Source of the DNA: an uncultured Armatimonadetes bacterium
Lineage (GTDB): Bacteria > Armatimonadota > UBA5829 > DTJY01
Reading direction: 5' to 3'
NCBI GenBank assembly: GCA_963717145.1
Contig: OY970325.1
Span: 2,112,001-2,176,000 of the forward strand
DNA: 64,000 nucleotides
The first letter of the stretch is position 1, and each line of letters begins with the position of its first letter. Below, in pieces: positions 50,412 to 60,421 of this stretch. The notes below the pieces were generated by a model. That model made no database searches, was not told the DNA's origin, and saw only the letters and a list, made by a program, of their open reading frames with translations. Made by a program: the position numbers and the translations under genes.

Positions 50412-51608
50412 ATGCGTGGAGGAAACGGAAGGACATTCGGTCTGAGCCGCACGGTTGTCGTCCTCGGGGTAGTCAGCCTGCTGACCGACGTGTCGAGCGA
50501 AGGAATCTACCCGCTCATACCACTCTTCCTTGTTGAGGTGCTCAAAACTCAGGTCGTCGTAGTCGGCCTGATCGAGGGGATCGCGAACAGCACTGCGAGT
50601 ATCTTGCGCATCTTTTCCGGCTGGCTCAGCGACGTCCTGGGCAACCGAAAGTGGCTGACCACCACCGGCTACTCCCTCTCGACAATCGCCAAACCGCTCC
50701 TGGCGGTATCGTACTCGTGGCAGGCGGTATTCGGCATTCGGTTCGCTGACCGGCTCGGGAAGGGAATACGGGCAGCACCGCGCGATGCCTTGATTGCGGA
50801 CACCAGTCCGACGGACCGGAGAGGGATCTCATTCGGATTCCACCGCGCGATGGACACCGTGGGAGCAGTAACGGGGCCGCTGTTGGCATTCTGGCTTCTG
50901 CGCAGCTTGGCATACAGCTACCGTACGATATTCCTGTTGTCGGCGATACCTGCCGTGCTCGCGGTGCTGATATTGATTGCCTTCGTTCGAGAGCCGCGCC
51001 GAGAACGACCTGCACGCGCGGAGCGACCGTCCCTGGCGCTCAAGGGGTTCAGCCGGCAGTTCAAGCTGTTCCTCGTTGCGGCGACTCTGTTCTCGGTCGG
51101 AAACTCGTCGGATGTGTTCCTGATTCTTCGGGCGAACCACCTGGGAATCGGCACCGACGGCATACTTCTGCTGTACGTCCTGTTCAATGCCGTGGAAGCC
51201 TCTCTCTCGATGTCGGCCGGGGCGCTGTCCGACAGAATCGGACGAAGAAACGTGATTCTCGCGGGATACGTCATCTATGCGATCGTCTACGCGGGGTTCG
51301 GACTCGTGCGATCGACATCACTGGTGTGGGCGCTCTTCGCGCTCTACGGAGTACATAATGCGCTCACTCAGAGCGTACAGAGGGCTTTCGCGGCTGATCT
51401 GACGTGCGCCGACGCGAGAGGGACGGGACTCGGGGCGTACCACGCACTCACAGGAGTGGCGTTGCTTCCCGCCAGCCTGATCGCCGGCTACCTGTGGCAG
51501 GTCGTAAGCCCTTCGTCGCCATTCTACTTCGGCGCGGCCATGGCAGCCATCGCAGCGGTTCTACTTGCGGCCTGCTTCCGACGTGACGCTATTTGTACCG
51601 CCACGTGA
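50412..51608 (+). CDS. MFS transporter
   Basis: [42 protein letters not shown]. Confidence 0.93.
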   Translation: MRGGNGRTFGLSRTVVVLGVVSLLTDVSSEGIYPLIPLFLVEVLKTQVVVVGLIEGIANSTASILRIFSGWLSDVLGNRKWLTTTGYSLSTIAKPLLAVSYSWQAVFGIRFADRLGKGIRAAPRDALIADTSPTDRRGISFGFHRAMDTVGAVTGPLLAFWLLRSLAYSYRTIFLLSAIPAVLAVLILIAFVREPRRERPARAERPSLALKGFSRQFKLFLVAATLFSVGNSSDVFLILRANHLGIGTDGILLLYVLFNAVEASLSMSAGALSDRIGRRNVILAGYVIYAIVYAGFGLVRSTSLVWALFALYGVHNALTQSVQRAFAADLTCADARGTGLGAYHALTGVALLPASLIAGYLWQVVSPSSPFYFGAAMAAIAAVLLAACFRRDAICTAT

Positions 51609-51807
51609 TTCGGCCACGCGAGAGATCGTACGGCGACAGTTCGACGGTGACCCTGTCACCGGGAAGTATTCTGATGAACCTCATGCGCATCTTGCCCGAG
51701 ATATGTGCGAGGACCTCATGGCCGTTCTCGAGCTTGACCTTGAAGACCGCATTCGGCTGGGCTTCCTCAACGACGCCATCGACGCGCATCGCTTCTTCCT
51801 TCGGCAT
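51589..51807 (-). CDS. infA: Translation initiation factor IF-1
   Basis: MPKEEA...[22 protein letters not shown]...[30 protein letters not shown]. Confidence 0.97.
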   Translation of the reverse strand: MPKEEAMRVDGVVEEAQPNAVFKVKLENGHEVLAHISGKMRMRFIRILPGDRVTVELSPYDLSRGRITWRYK

Positions 51808-51914
51808 ACTCTGTTTCACCTCCCCTTTGCGCGGCCTGACAATCAGCCGCACGATAGGTATTTCAACACCGGCATCCCCATCTCCTCCCAACTCTTACTC
51901 TCACACTCTTTCCC

Positions 51915-51994
51915 AGCGGATGTCATTCTGAACGTAGTGAAGAATCTGTTTACGCACAGCCAGATTCTTCACTACATTCAGAATGACATCCGCT
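51915..51994. repeat. TGTCATTCTGA...TCAGAATGACA palindrome
   Basis: About 34-bp arms; a degenerate relative lies at 39993-40185. Confidence 0.9.
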
Positions 51995-52094
51995 ATCCCT
52001 GATCGCGAGATCTTATCCAAAACCGGAGGGCGTGCCTGCCGAAGTTGCATGTGTTATAATGCTCGCGCGACATAGAAATTCGCGGAACGGGACT

Positions 52095-52724
52095 ATGGAC
52101 CCTTCGTCTTTACAACCTGAAGCACACGGATCTTCGAGAGCGATCCTCTCGGATCTTAGTGATGCGGAGCTGATCGAGGAATCGAAGCGCGGCAATACCG
52201 AAGCATTCGAGGTCCTCTTTCACAGGTACCAGAAGCGCATCTACAATATCGAGTACCGCATGGTCGGGAACGAGGCGGATGCGGCGGACCTCACCCAGGA
52301 GGTCTTCGTAAGAGTATACAACTCGCTCCATACGTTGCGGGCCGGAGAGGCGCTGTTTGGCTGGCTGCGAACCGTAGCCGTAAACATCGCCCGCGATCAT
52401 TTCCGCAAGTCGGGGCGGACGATTCGAGCCGACAGCCTGGACGCCAAGGTCCAGCTCGACGACGGCGAAGTCGATCGGGAGATTGTGGATTGGTCGAACA
52501 ACCCTGAACGAGCCCTCGATCGCAAGGACGTGCAGGAAGCGGTGCGGCGAGCGATGAGCTCGCTCTCGGACGAGCATCGCACGGTTGTGGCCTTGCACCA
52601 TATCGATGGCATGGACGTGAAGGATATGGCGAAGGTGCTCGAAGTGCCGGTGGGCACTGTGAAATCGAGGCTGGCTCGCGCAAGAGGGGAACTCAAGCGC
52701 AAGCTGGGACATTACGTGGATTGA
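52095..52724 (+). CDS. ECF sigma factor (RpoE/SigW-like)
   Basis: AFEVL..RY, DAADLTQEVF, WL..VA.N, VPVGTVKSRL.RAR; TGnTATAAT at 52052-52060. Confidence 0.95.
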   Translation: MDPSSLQPEAHGSSRAILSDLSDAELIEESKRGNTEAFEVLFHRYQKRIYNIEYRMVGNEADAADLTQEVFVRVYNSLHTLRAGEALFGWLRTVAVNIARDHFRKSGRTIRADSLDAKVQLDDGEVDREIVDWSNNPERALDRKDVQEAVRRAMSSLSDEHRTVVALHHIDGMDVKDMAKVLEVPVGTVKSRLARARGELKRKLGHYVD

Positions 52725-52731
52725 TTGGGAA

Positions 52732-52820
52732 AGACCTTAGACTTTTGACCTCAGACCTTAGACTGCGGACCTTGCCGAACAAAGTGCCTTCCACAGTCTG
52801 ATGTCTAATGTCCAAAGTCT
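52732..52820. repeat. Heptamer-based palindrome (AGACCTT)n
   Basis: AGACCTTAGACTTTTGACCTCAGAC...AGTCTGATGTCTAATGTCCAAAGTCT. Confidence 0.7.
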
Positions 52821-52835
52821 GAATCGAGGACTGAA

Positions 52836-53324
52836 ATGGACTGCACAACGATTCTGAACTGCATGGCTGAATACGCCGTCGGGCTGATCACCGGACGAGC
52901 GAAGATCGAAGTCGAAACCCATCTGGCGGAATGCCCGTCATGCCGGGCCGAGTTCGAGAAGCAAGAGCGGGTCATGGCCATGGTCGAGCAGGTCGAGCCG
53001 GTCGAGCCGCCTGCGGGTCTCTGGAATGGCGTCTACAACCGGATCAGCGCGACGCCCGCTCGCCTTACCTTGTGGGAACGGCTGACGGCTGGGCGGCATC
53101 GAAAGACCTCGCGCTGGTCGCTGGGATTCGCTGCAGTCGGCTTGGCGGCGCTCGTCCTCTATACGGCTAACACTCCGCAGCCGGTGGCCGGCATCGAAGC
53201 CCTGGAATACGTCAGAGGCCACGCGATCTATGCCAGCCAGGATGTCCTTGCCGACCAGACGGCACTCTATTCTGAGGCTGTGTTGGCCGAGAGAACTCAC
53301 GCGCCGGAGGGCCGGACACTGTGA
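52836..53324 (+). CDS. Zinc-binding (ZAS) transmembrane anti-sigma factor
   Basis: HLAECPSC motif and a TM helix; follows the ECF sigma gene. Confidence 0.9.
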   Translation: MDCTTILNCMAEYAVGLITGRAKIEVETHLAECPSCRAEFEKQERVMAMVEQVEPVEPPAGLWNGVYNRISATPARLTLWERLTAGRHRKTSRWSLGFAAVGLAALVLYTANTPQPVAGIEALEYVRGHAIYASQDVLADQTALYSEAVLAERTHAPEGRTL

Positions 53325-54346
53325 ACGCCCGATCTCTCTCGATCCTGATCGCGCTCCTCGTGATCATCACTGGAATTGCCATCGTCAAGCACGGCGAGAT
53401 CGGGACGGAGCGCGATGCATCATGGATCGTGCGCCGGGCACAGGAGCAGGCATCGCTTCAGAGCTACTCCTCGATGGCACAGACCCGCGTCTCGTGCCAG
53501 GGAGAAGTCGTAACGGGCAATGTGAAGATCATCCGCACTCAGCCGAACAGGGGCCGGATCGAGTATCTTTCTGAGCCGCTCAAAGGCGTTATCGTCGGGA
53601 ACGACGGCAACACGACGTGGCGCTACGACCCGAAGACAGAGCGGCTGGTCATCAGCGACAACACCAACTGCACCAGCGATGCAGACAAGCTCCGTTTGCT
53701 CCTCGAGAACCACAGAATCACGCTCGCCGGGACGGACACAGTTGCGGGAAGGCAAACGTACTCCCTGGTTGTAAGGCCGAAGGATTCCGGCGAGATCAGA
53801 AAGCGTCTCTGGATCGATAAGGCCACGTCCGTGGTCGTCCGCCAGGAGGACTACGGCACGAACGGCAAGCTGCAGTCCTCTACGCGCTTTACCAGCATTC
53901 AATTCGAAAAGAGGTTCCCGGACAAGCTGTTCGAGGCGCCTTCCGACGTGAAGACCAAGGTATCCAACCGGATGCTCGGCGCAACTATGTCGCCCGGTAA
54001 GCTCTCAGAAGCCGTGGAATTCACTGTCCGCGCGCCTAAGTACATCCCCAAGGGCTACAAGTTGGATGGCTACAGACTCTATGCCTGTCCCTGTGAGTGC
54101 CCGCACCAATCGGCCTACATCAGATACAGCAACGGGCTCAGCAGCGTCTCGGTCTTCGAGTCGAAGGTCGGAAGCGGCTGCCGTGCGGAGGCGGGCTGCG
54201 GCAAGTCCGAAGGGCCTATGGGGACCTGTGAGGTCAAGAGAGCGGACCGGGATGAGATCGCCAGGCTCGAGAAAGACGGCATCTCGTTCGTAGTCGTGGC
54301 GGACATGGACGGCCGCGAACTCAGGAAGATCGCTGAGTCGCTGTAG
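53321..54346 (+). CDS. MucB/RseB/LolA-fold extracytoplasmic regulator
   Basis: N-terminal TM, RIEYL.P, DG...W.YDP, VAGR..Y, LWIDKAT, P.YIP.GY; third gene of the ECF operon. Confidence 0.8.
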   Translation: MNARSLSILIALLVIITGIAIVKHGEIGTERDASWIVRRAQEQASLQSYSSMAQTRVSCQGEVVTGNVKIIRTQPNRGRIEYLSEPLKGVIVGNDGNTTWRYDPKTERLVISDNTNCTSDADKLRLLLENHRITLAGTDTVAGRQTYSLVVRPKDSGEIRKRLWIDKATSVVVRQEDYGTNGKLQSSTRFTSIQFEKRFPDKLFEAPSDVKTKVSNRMLGATMSPGKLSEAVEFTVRAPKYIPKGYKLDGYRLYACPCECPHQSAYIRYSNGLSSVSVFESKVGSGCRAEAGCGKSEGPMGTCEVKRADRDEIARLEKDGISFVVVADMDGRELRKIAESL

Positions 54347-54367
54347 TGATCCCCGGGGAGGAAGACG

Positions 54368-54482
54368 ACCGTCAGTCCTGAGTGCGCCGGTGAATGACGG
54401 CGTGTATCGAAGGACGGCCTTGCTGGACCGAGCCGTCCTTCGATACACGCCGTCATTCACCGGCGCACTCAGGACTGACGGT
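54368..54482. repeat. Family A palindrome copy 4 (supplies the MFS stop codon)
   Basis: Same arms as 281-401. Confidence 0.95.
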
Positions 54483-55688
54483 GGGGGAGACACCTCGCGC
54501 GGAATGGACAGATGGGAACTCTGCCGTCCTCATCTTCAACACCACCAGCGCCGAGATCGCCACCACAGCCGCTCCGCCGTAGAATGTCACCGGATAGCCA
54601 AGCCTGGCCCACAGCAGTCCGCCGACCACCGGCACCGTTACCGCCGCCGCGTGGTTCACTGAGACACCCATCGTCAGGCTCGGCATCACGTCCGCCGGAT
54701 CCGCGATCTTGTGCAGGTAGGTCGTCAGCCCGATACTCCCGAGGAAGAGCAGATTGTCGGCGAAATACAGGCAGTAGAGGATCACCGGCGTCTTGATCGT
54801 CGCATATCCGATGAAGACGGGGATCAGCAGCGCGTAACAGATCGCCAGGACCTTCTTCTCGCCGACTCTGTCGATGAGCCTCCCGACCTTCGACGCCAGT
54901 AACAGGTTCGTGACGCTGTTGACGATCATCAGGAGCGCGATCACACGAAGCGACGCGTGGAATTGCCGCACGAGCACGAAGATTGCGAAGGTGATGAAGA
55001 CCTGCTTCCGGCAGCCTTCGAGGAACACCAGGATGTAGTACAGCGAGTACTTCCGTTTGAAGACGAAACGCGGTTTCTCCTCGTGGCCGATGTCCTTCGA
55101 TATCCTCGAGACCGCGATCGCTCCTACCCCGACCGCAAGGCCCGCCACTATGAAGATGCTCTGAAAAGGCAGCACCTTCGCCAGCACAAAGACCATCGCC
55201 ATGCCGCAGATAGTGCCGAATGCACCGATCGAGCCCATTTGCCCCAGACGGCGGCCCTGCTTTCCCTCGTGGGCGAGACTGAGAGCCATCGAGGGCGACA
55301 AGGGCATCCACGCGTGTATGCCGACGCTCCAGATCAGCGAGAAGATAATCAGCGTCGTTATACTGTCCACCTGACTGTACCCGCAGATGCCGAGCGCGAT
55401 GAACGACAGGGCGATCGAGCCCAGAATCGGTTCGGCGATCCTCATCGTCAGTGCCGCAACGAAGACCATCAGGAAGCCCGGCACCTCTCTGAGCGACTCC
55501 AGGACGCCGAGCTGATTGGCCTGCAGATCCAGGGTCTCGACGACGAAGTTGTTGAAGGTAGAGAAGTAGGCCCCCCAGCCGAACGATATGCAGAATACCG
55601 TGAACGCCAACAAGCGCAGGTCACGCGAGCCGCGCCTGGTCAATGACCTGATCCGATCGATGCCGTTGCTTCCGAGACTGATCGACAA
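54453..55688 (-). CDS. MFS transporter
   Basis: About 12 hydrophobic segments, LESLREVPG, GRLIDRVGEK. Confidence 0.88.
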   Translation of the reverse strand: MSISLGSNGIDRIRSLTRRGSRDLRLLAFTVFCISFGWGAYFSTFNNFVVETLDLQANQLGVLESLREVPGFLMVFVAALTMRIAEPILGSIALSFIALGICGYSQVDSITTLIIFSLIWSVGIHAWMPLSPSMALSLAHEGKQGRRLGQMGSIGAFGTICGMAMVFVLAKVLPFQSIFIVAGLAVGVGAIAVSRISKDIGHEEKPRFVFKRKYSLYYILVFLEGCRKQVFITFAIFVLVRQFHASLRVIALLMIVNSVTNLLLASKVGRLIDRVGEKKVLAICYALLIPVFIGYATIKTPVILYCLYFADNLLFLGSIGLTTYLHKIADPADVMPSLTMGVSVNHAAAVTVPVVGGLLWARLGYPVTFYGGAAVVAISALVVLKMRTAEFPSVHSARGVSPTVSPECAGE

Positions 55689-55795
55689 CTACTGAAGCCC
55701 TTCCATGCCTGACAGATATGTGAACGATTCCGGTTCGCCTTCGATCAATCCTCCTGTGCAACAGGCAGTTTGAGTCCACCGCTCTTCATAAATGC

Positions 55796-55824
55796 TTGAC
55801 TTCCACCTTGAAACGGTCTATAAT
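55796..55824 (+). promoter_or_regulatory. sigma70 promoter of rpoN
   Basis: TTGACT-N17-TATAAT. Confidence 0.75.
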
Positions 55825-55991
55825 ATCCCTGAAGAACGTTCGGGGCAACGGCATTCGGTCGGGCCCAGGCCACCCCGTTGTACCCCTCTGCGATATATCC
55901 AGCCGTGAGTTCTTTTTCTTCAGGATTTCCGGTACTTTTGCCGACAATGATAATGAGGCAAAGTCCCTGATTCCGGTAACCGCAGACGGAT

Positions 55992-57443
55992 TTGCCATCG
56001 CTGAAGAGGTATCGGCTAGTGCTGATCCAGGATCAATCCCAACAACAGCAACAGCGAATAGACCCGAAGATCATAATGGCGAACTCCGTGCTCCAACTGT
56101 CGAGCATGGAGCTTCAGCAGGCCATCGAGCAGGAACTCGTCGAGAATCCGGCTCTCGAAGCGGAGGACGAAGACCCCTGCTCCGGCTGCGAACTGTCGCC
56201 GTTCGGGTGCCAGGACTGCAATGTGCAGCAGCAGAGGGAATTCACCGATTCAGATCTGAGTGTCCATGACCTGGAGGTATCGTTCGACTTCGCGTCCGAC
56301 CCGATGGACGACGAGGAAGACCCGATCGGGCGGATTCAGTCTGACGTTACTCTGATCGAGCACCTGCGCAACCAACTCCGCGACACAGCCTCCGGTCGCA
56401 TCCCTGAGATCGCCGACTACCTTGTGAACTACATCAACGAAAGCGGCTACCTGGAGTGCGACCTGCTGGAGATCACCCTCGAACTCGAGGCCACCGACGA
56501 GGAACTCCTGGAGGCGGTCGCGCTCATCCAGTCGCTCGATCCCCCCGGCGTCGGTGCTCGTGATCTGCGCGAGTGCATGACGATCCAGCTCAGGTATCTC
56601 ACAGATGAGGGCAAGGGAAACCCGATCGCCGAACGCATCATCCGAGACTGCTGGGACGAGATGATCGCCCAGAAAGTCAATCGGATCGCCAGACGCCTGA
56701 AGATCAAGCCCGAGCAGTCGCGTACTGCCTTGAGGTTCATCCGCGCCAAGCTGAACCCCTACCCCGCGGCGGGCTTTCGACCTCCCTGGGAGCAGAATGC
56801 GAGCGACTCGAAGAACGCCGTCCGACCCGATATCATCGTCCGCCGGACCGCAACGGGCTACGACATCGAGGTCGTCTCGAACGATCATCTGTCGCTCTCC
56901 GTCAACCCGTACTATCGCCGGATGCAGAGCGAGATGAAGAACGGCAAGGCCAAGCAGTACTCGGAGCAGGACAGGAAGCATATCACCGAGTACGTGGAGC
57001 GCGCCGATCTGTTCATCAAGAACATCAACCAGCGCCGAAAGACTCTTCGCACTATCGCGAAAAACGTCGTTGAGTACCAGCACGGCTTCCTGGATACCGG
57101 TTCGAAGCTCTTCCTCCGCCCGCTCACCCGGGTGAAGATCGCCGAAGCCGTCAATATGCACGAATCGACCGTCAGCCGGGCGACCGCGAACAAGTACGTT
57201 CAGCTTCCCAGCCAAGAGGTCGTTCCGCTCGATTTCTTCTTCAACCAGTCACACTCCCTCACGGACATGATCTCACAGCTCGTCGACCGGGAGGACCCCT
57301 CGCATCCTCTGAGCGACCAGGAACTCGCGGACATACTGACCGAGCGAGGCATCCCGGTCGCGCGCAGAACCATCGTGAAGTACCGGGAGGCCCAGAAGAT
57401 ACTCTCCTCCCGCCAGCGCCGTCGCACGGTGGCAAGCTTCTAG
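55992..57443 (+). CDS. rpoN: RNA polymerase sigma-54 (start may be GTG 56019)
   Basis: Q-rich region I, ELVENPALE, DPPGVGARDL.E, HESTVSRAT.NKY, PLSDQ, RpoN box ARRTIVKYRE. Confidence 0.97.
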   Translation: MPSLKRYRLVLIQDQSQQQQQRIDPKIIMANSVLQLSSMELQQAIEQELVENPALEAEDEDPCSGCELSPFGCQDCNVQQQREFTDSDLSVHDLEVSFDFASDPMDDEEDPIGRIQSDVTLIEHLRNQLRDTASGRIPEIADYLVNYINESGYLECDLLEITLELEATDEELLEAVALIQSLDPPGVGARDLRECMTIQLRYLTDEGKGNPIAERIIRDCWDEMIAQKVNRIARRLKIKPEQSRTALRFIRAKLNPYPAAGFRPPWEQNASDSKNAVRPDIIVRRTATGYDIEVVSNDHLSLSVNPYYRRMQSEMKNGKAKQYSEQDRKHITEYVERADLFIKNINQRRKTLRTIAKNVVEYQHGFLDTGSKLFLRPLTRVKIAEAVNMHESTVSRATANKYVQLPSQEVVPLDFFFNQSHSLTDMISQLVDREDPSHPLSDQELADILTERGIPVARRTIVKYREAQKILSSRQRRRTVASF

Positions 57444-57564
57444 TTCCGTCGCACTCCAAAGCTCAGAGGTGTTCCCCCCTGGCGCGACCTGCCGAAACGC
57501 TGGTATTCTGAGGCGTTTTGTGCTACAATAGAGTCAGAATTCACAGTCGGGAGGGCTAGCGAGA

Positions 57565-58119
57565 ATGAAGTTCAAAGAGGGAGAATACGTAGCGATCGTT
57601 GAGCGGGAAGTGTCGGCAGCAGACGTGAAGAGCGGGCTGTACTACCAGCATTTCGCAGGTCTCGCGGGCACCGTAGACCGCATATACGACAGCGAAGTCT
57701 GCATCAACGTGGACACTGAATGCCTCCCGGATGACATCCTCAAGAGGCACTCCGATATCCAGGAATCGATCCGCCGCAAGTGGCTCAACGGGCTCTCCGG
57801 AGAGGCGCGGCACAGACTGACTCCGGAGGAACGTCAGTTCAACCTGGCATACACCATACTGGTACACTCCGATGACCTCGCCAAGTCCAAGAAAGCCGCT
57901 CCCAAGCCGGTCGCGATCAAGAGCGTGAAGCCGATCGTGCCGGCGGACGAGCCGATCGCGGAAGAGAGTGCAGTGGTGGACGAAGTCGAGGAGACTCAGC
58001 CGGCCATCGTCGCTGCCGAAGCGAAGGCAGAGGATTCCCCCGACGACACGGAGGGGCTGACTCTTGCCGAGTTGGAACACCTCAGAGAGCGCGAAAAAGC
58101 CCTCAAGGCCGAGAAGTAG
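57565..58119 (+). CDS. Hypothetical protein
   Basis: Clean ORF with GGAGGG RBS and TGCTACAAT -10 upstream. Confidence 0.75.
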   Translation: MKFKEGEYVAIVEREVSAADVKSGLYYQHFAGLAGTVDRIYDSEVCINVDTECLPDDILKRHSDIQESIRRKWLNGLSGEARHRLTPEERQFNLAYTILVHSDDLAKSKKAAPKPVAIKSVKPIVPADEPIAEESAVVDEVEETQPAIVAAEAKAEDSPDDTEGLTLAELEHLREREKALKAEK

Positions 58120-58127
58120 GCTGGGGC

Positions 58128-58799
58128 TCAGATCGACTGCTTTTCTGCCGCTTTGGCCTTTTCGAGGTAGCGAAGAACGTCCTCGTCGGTCAGATCGCTC
58201 CAGTGCCGGTAGAATTGGACAACGGCGAAGGGAATGCGTTCGCCGACGATCAGCGCGACAAAGCGATCGACCCGAGGTCGAACCAGCCGTGCCGCCCCGC
58301 TCGATGCCACCGGAACGGCTACCACCACCTCGGAGGGCTTGTGCTTCTCGATCGACCTGATCGCAGCCAGCATCGTGTAGCCGGACGCGAGCCCATCGTC
58401 AACCAGGATCACCGGTCTTCCCGCCACATCCGGGGATTCCATGCTCCCCTTGCGGTACATCTGCGTGCGCCTGATTATCTCCTCGCGCACCTCCTCAGCC
58501 GCAGCCTGGATCTGTTCATCCGACATCCCGAGTCCTCGAACCATGCTGTCGTTCAGCACCAGTGTCCCGTCGGCCGTGACCGCGCCGAAGCCGGCCTCGG
58601 GATTCCACGGAATCGGTATCTTCCGGAGGACGATGACATCGAGCAAGGCGTCGATGCTTTCGGCAAGCTCGAAGCCGACGGGGACGCCCCCGCGCGGGAT
58701 GGCGAGGACGATCGCTCCCCGACCCTTATAGTCGAGCAGGCGGTCCGCCAGACGTCGCCCGGCATCCTCTCTGTCACGGAACATCTCAGTGTCCATCAT
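58128..58799 (-). CDS. Phosphoribosyltransferase family protein
   Basis: FRDREDAGRRLA, LAIPRGGVPV, VILVDDGLASGYT, VAVPVA. Confidence 0.93.
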   Translation of the reverse strand: MMDTEMFRDREDAGRRLADRLLDYKGRGAIVLAIPRGGVPVGFELAESIDALLDVIVLRKIPIPWNPEAGFGAVTADGTLVLNDSMVRGLGMSDEQIQAAAEEVREEIIRRTQMYRKGSMESPDVAGRPVILVDDGLASGYTMLAAIRSIEKHKPSEVVVAVPVASSGAARLVRPRVDRFVALIVGERIPFAVVQFYRHWSDLTDEDVLRYLEKAKAAEKQSI

Positions 58800-58880
58800 G
58801 CTCCGCTTCCCGCCGCTCGCGATACGTAGTCCATCGGTGTATTCCCTTCAACATCGCCGGTACGGTGGCATATTGCCGAC

Positions 58881-59273
58881 CTACGAAGCCAGCAACTTGT
58901 GCATCTCGGTCGGCTTGATGATGCGGATGCCCTCGAACTCCTTGATGCGCAGAAGGTGCTCGTCGCTTGTCACGACGTACTGCGCGCGAGCATATAGAGC
59001 GCACTCCAGGAACTTATCGTCCTCGGGGTCATCCTTGACGACCGAAAGAAAGCCGGGAACCGTTATCTCCGTCCCCGAGGCCAGCGCCTTGTCGACACGC
59101 TTCTTGAACTCATCCTTTGCGCGGATGTTTCTCAGTATGAGGTGTACCTCTCGGCGAATCTGGTCCGAATAGTACAGGCTCAGACGCCCATCGACACAGG
59201 CGTTGAGAATGTTCGCCGAAGCGCTGCGCCTGTTCCAGTAGGCGGCGACGATCAGGTTGGTGTCAAGCACCAC
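58881..59273 (-). CDS. PIN-domain putative toxin (start possibly ATC 59312)
   Basis: VVLDTN, DDPEDDKFLECA, VVTSDEHLL. Confidence 0.9.
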   Translation of the reverse strand: MVLDTNLIVAAYWNRRSASANILNACVDGRLSLYYSDQIRREVHLILRNIRAKDEFKKRVDKALASGTEITVPGFLSVVKDDPEDDKFLECALYARAQYVVTSDEHLLRIKEFEGIRIIKPTEMHKLLAS

Positions 59274-59314
59274 GCTCGGTTTGTCTTGCTCTTTGGTGTG
59301 TGTGTCTGCGATTG

Positions 59315-60187
59315 TTAGCTCCTCTTGGACTTTTCTTTGACTTGGGCCTCGAAAGTGCAGATCGCCTCGGGTCGCTTGATCCTGAGCACAAGCGATTCCA
59401 GCACTCGAAACGGGTGGTTCATCTTATCGGGACCGAGATAGGCGGTGATCAGGTCCTGAGCCACGGCCATATCGAAGTTTTCCGGGCCTGTGGAGACGAT
59501 CACCACGCCGTCGTCAGGCAGAACCGGCGTCTGAAATACGCCCGCGGTGACGAGTTCGCGCACCTGGTTGATCTCCAGGACGCCGGTATTGTTATAAACT
59601 CGCTGCATCTTCGAGAAAAGACTCGGGCTGACAGCCATCGCGAAGGGGCCATAGTAGCCGGAATCGATGAGCTTCTTGGTGGCATCGACGACGTTCTGGA
59701 AGGCAAGTCCGGATTCGTCCCAGTTCAGCATGGGAACGGTATTCCGCCACTTCGCATTCAGCAATCCTTCGAAGCCGAGCTTCTTGTGCCCATTCAGGAT
59801 GAGATCGTCTTCGGCCTGCGCAACGAAGTTCGCGGCGCCGGCGGCCGCGCTTATGTCGAGCGGCATGCCGAAGCTTCGCGCAGTCTCGATGTCTCGCCAG
59901 TAGATCCAGAAGTCCTTGTAGATCAGGGGCAGTTGCTTGAACTCGCGCAACTCGGTGTGTACAGGATGGATGTCCTCCTCGCCGAGCATGCTCACCGCGC
60001 CGCTGTCCGCACCTGCATAGGTGTCTTGGTATACCGACTGCAGTCCTGCACCGAGAGGACCGAATATCTGGATGAACCGTCGTCCGACGAGCCGATTTCT
60101 CGCCACACGAACGACGATCTCGTCGATGCTGTCCCACTCCTCGGGAGTAAGCGGCGCTTCCTCGCGCAGCAGATTCTCCTTAAGCAT
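59315..60187 (-). CDS. Family 1 encapsulin shell protein (linocin M18-like)
   Basis: APLT.EEW..ID...ARNRLVGRRFI...GPLG.G, IYKDF...WRDIE, AEDDLILNG, EGLLN, YYGPFA, QDL..AY; AAGGAGG RBS. Confidence 0.93.
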   Translation of the reverse strand: MLKENLLREEAPLTPEEWDSIDEIVVRVARNRLVGRRFIQIFGPLGAGLQSVYQDTYAGADSGAVSMLGEEDIHPVHTELREFKQLPLIYKDFWIYWRDIETARSFGMPLDISAAAGAANFVAQAEDDLILNGHKKLGFEGLLNAKWRNTVPMLNWDESGLAFQNVVDATKKLIDSGYYGPFAMAVSPSLFSKMQRVYNNTGVLEINQVRELVTAGVFQTPVLPDDGVVIVSTGPENFDMAVAQDLITAYLGPDKMNHPFRVLESLVLRIKRPEAICTFEAQVKEKSKRS

Positions 60188-60320
60188 GGCATCCTCCTTA
60201 TGGCTGACCCCCGTGGGGGATATGATGTTGATGCAGAGCAGCCATGCCAACCGCTTATAGCATGGGCAAGGCTGCATGCCTCAAGGTTATTCCCCGGTTG
60301 CCCGCAATCTGAAACTGTGG

Positions 60321-60421
60321 GTTCACCTCTCGGAGTGCGGTGGCTCGACACCGCTCTGACACAGCGTCGAGCCGCCGAAGAGGCAAAGCGGTGTCGAGCC
60401 ACCGCACTCCGAGAGGTGAAC
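60321..60421. repeat. GGAGTGCGGTGGCTCGACACCGCT palindrome
   Basis: About 35-bp perfect arms. Confidence 0.92.

Noticed and set aside
60230-60290. sigma54 promoter upstream of the encapsulin gene
   Set aside because: GGCA and TGC elements are present but the spacing is not GG-N10-GC
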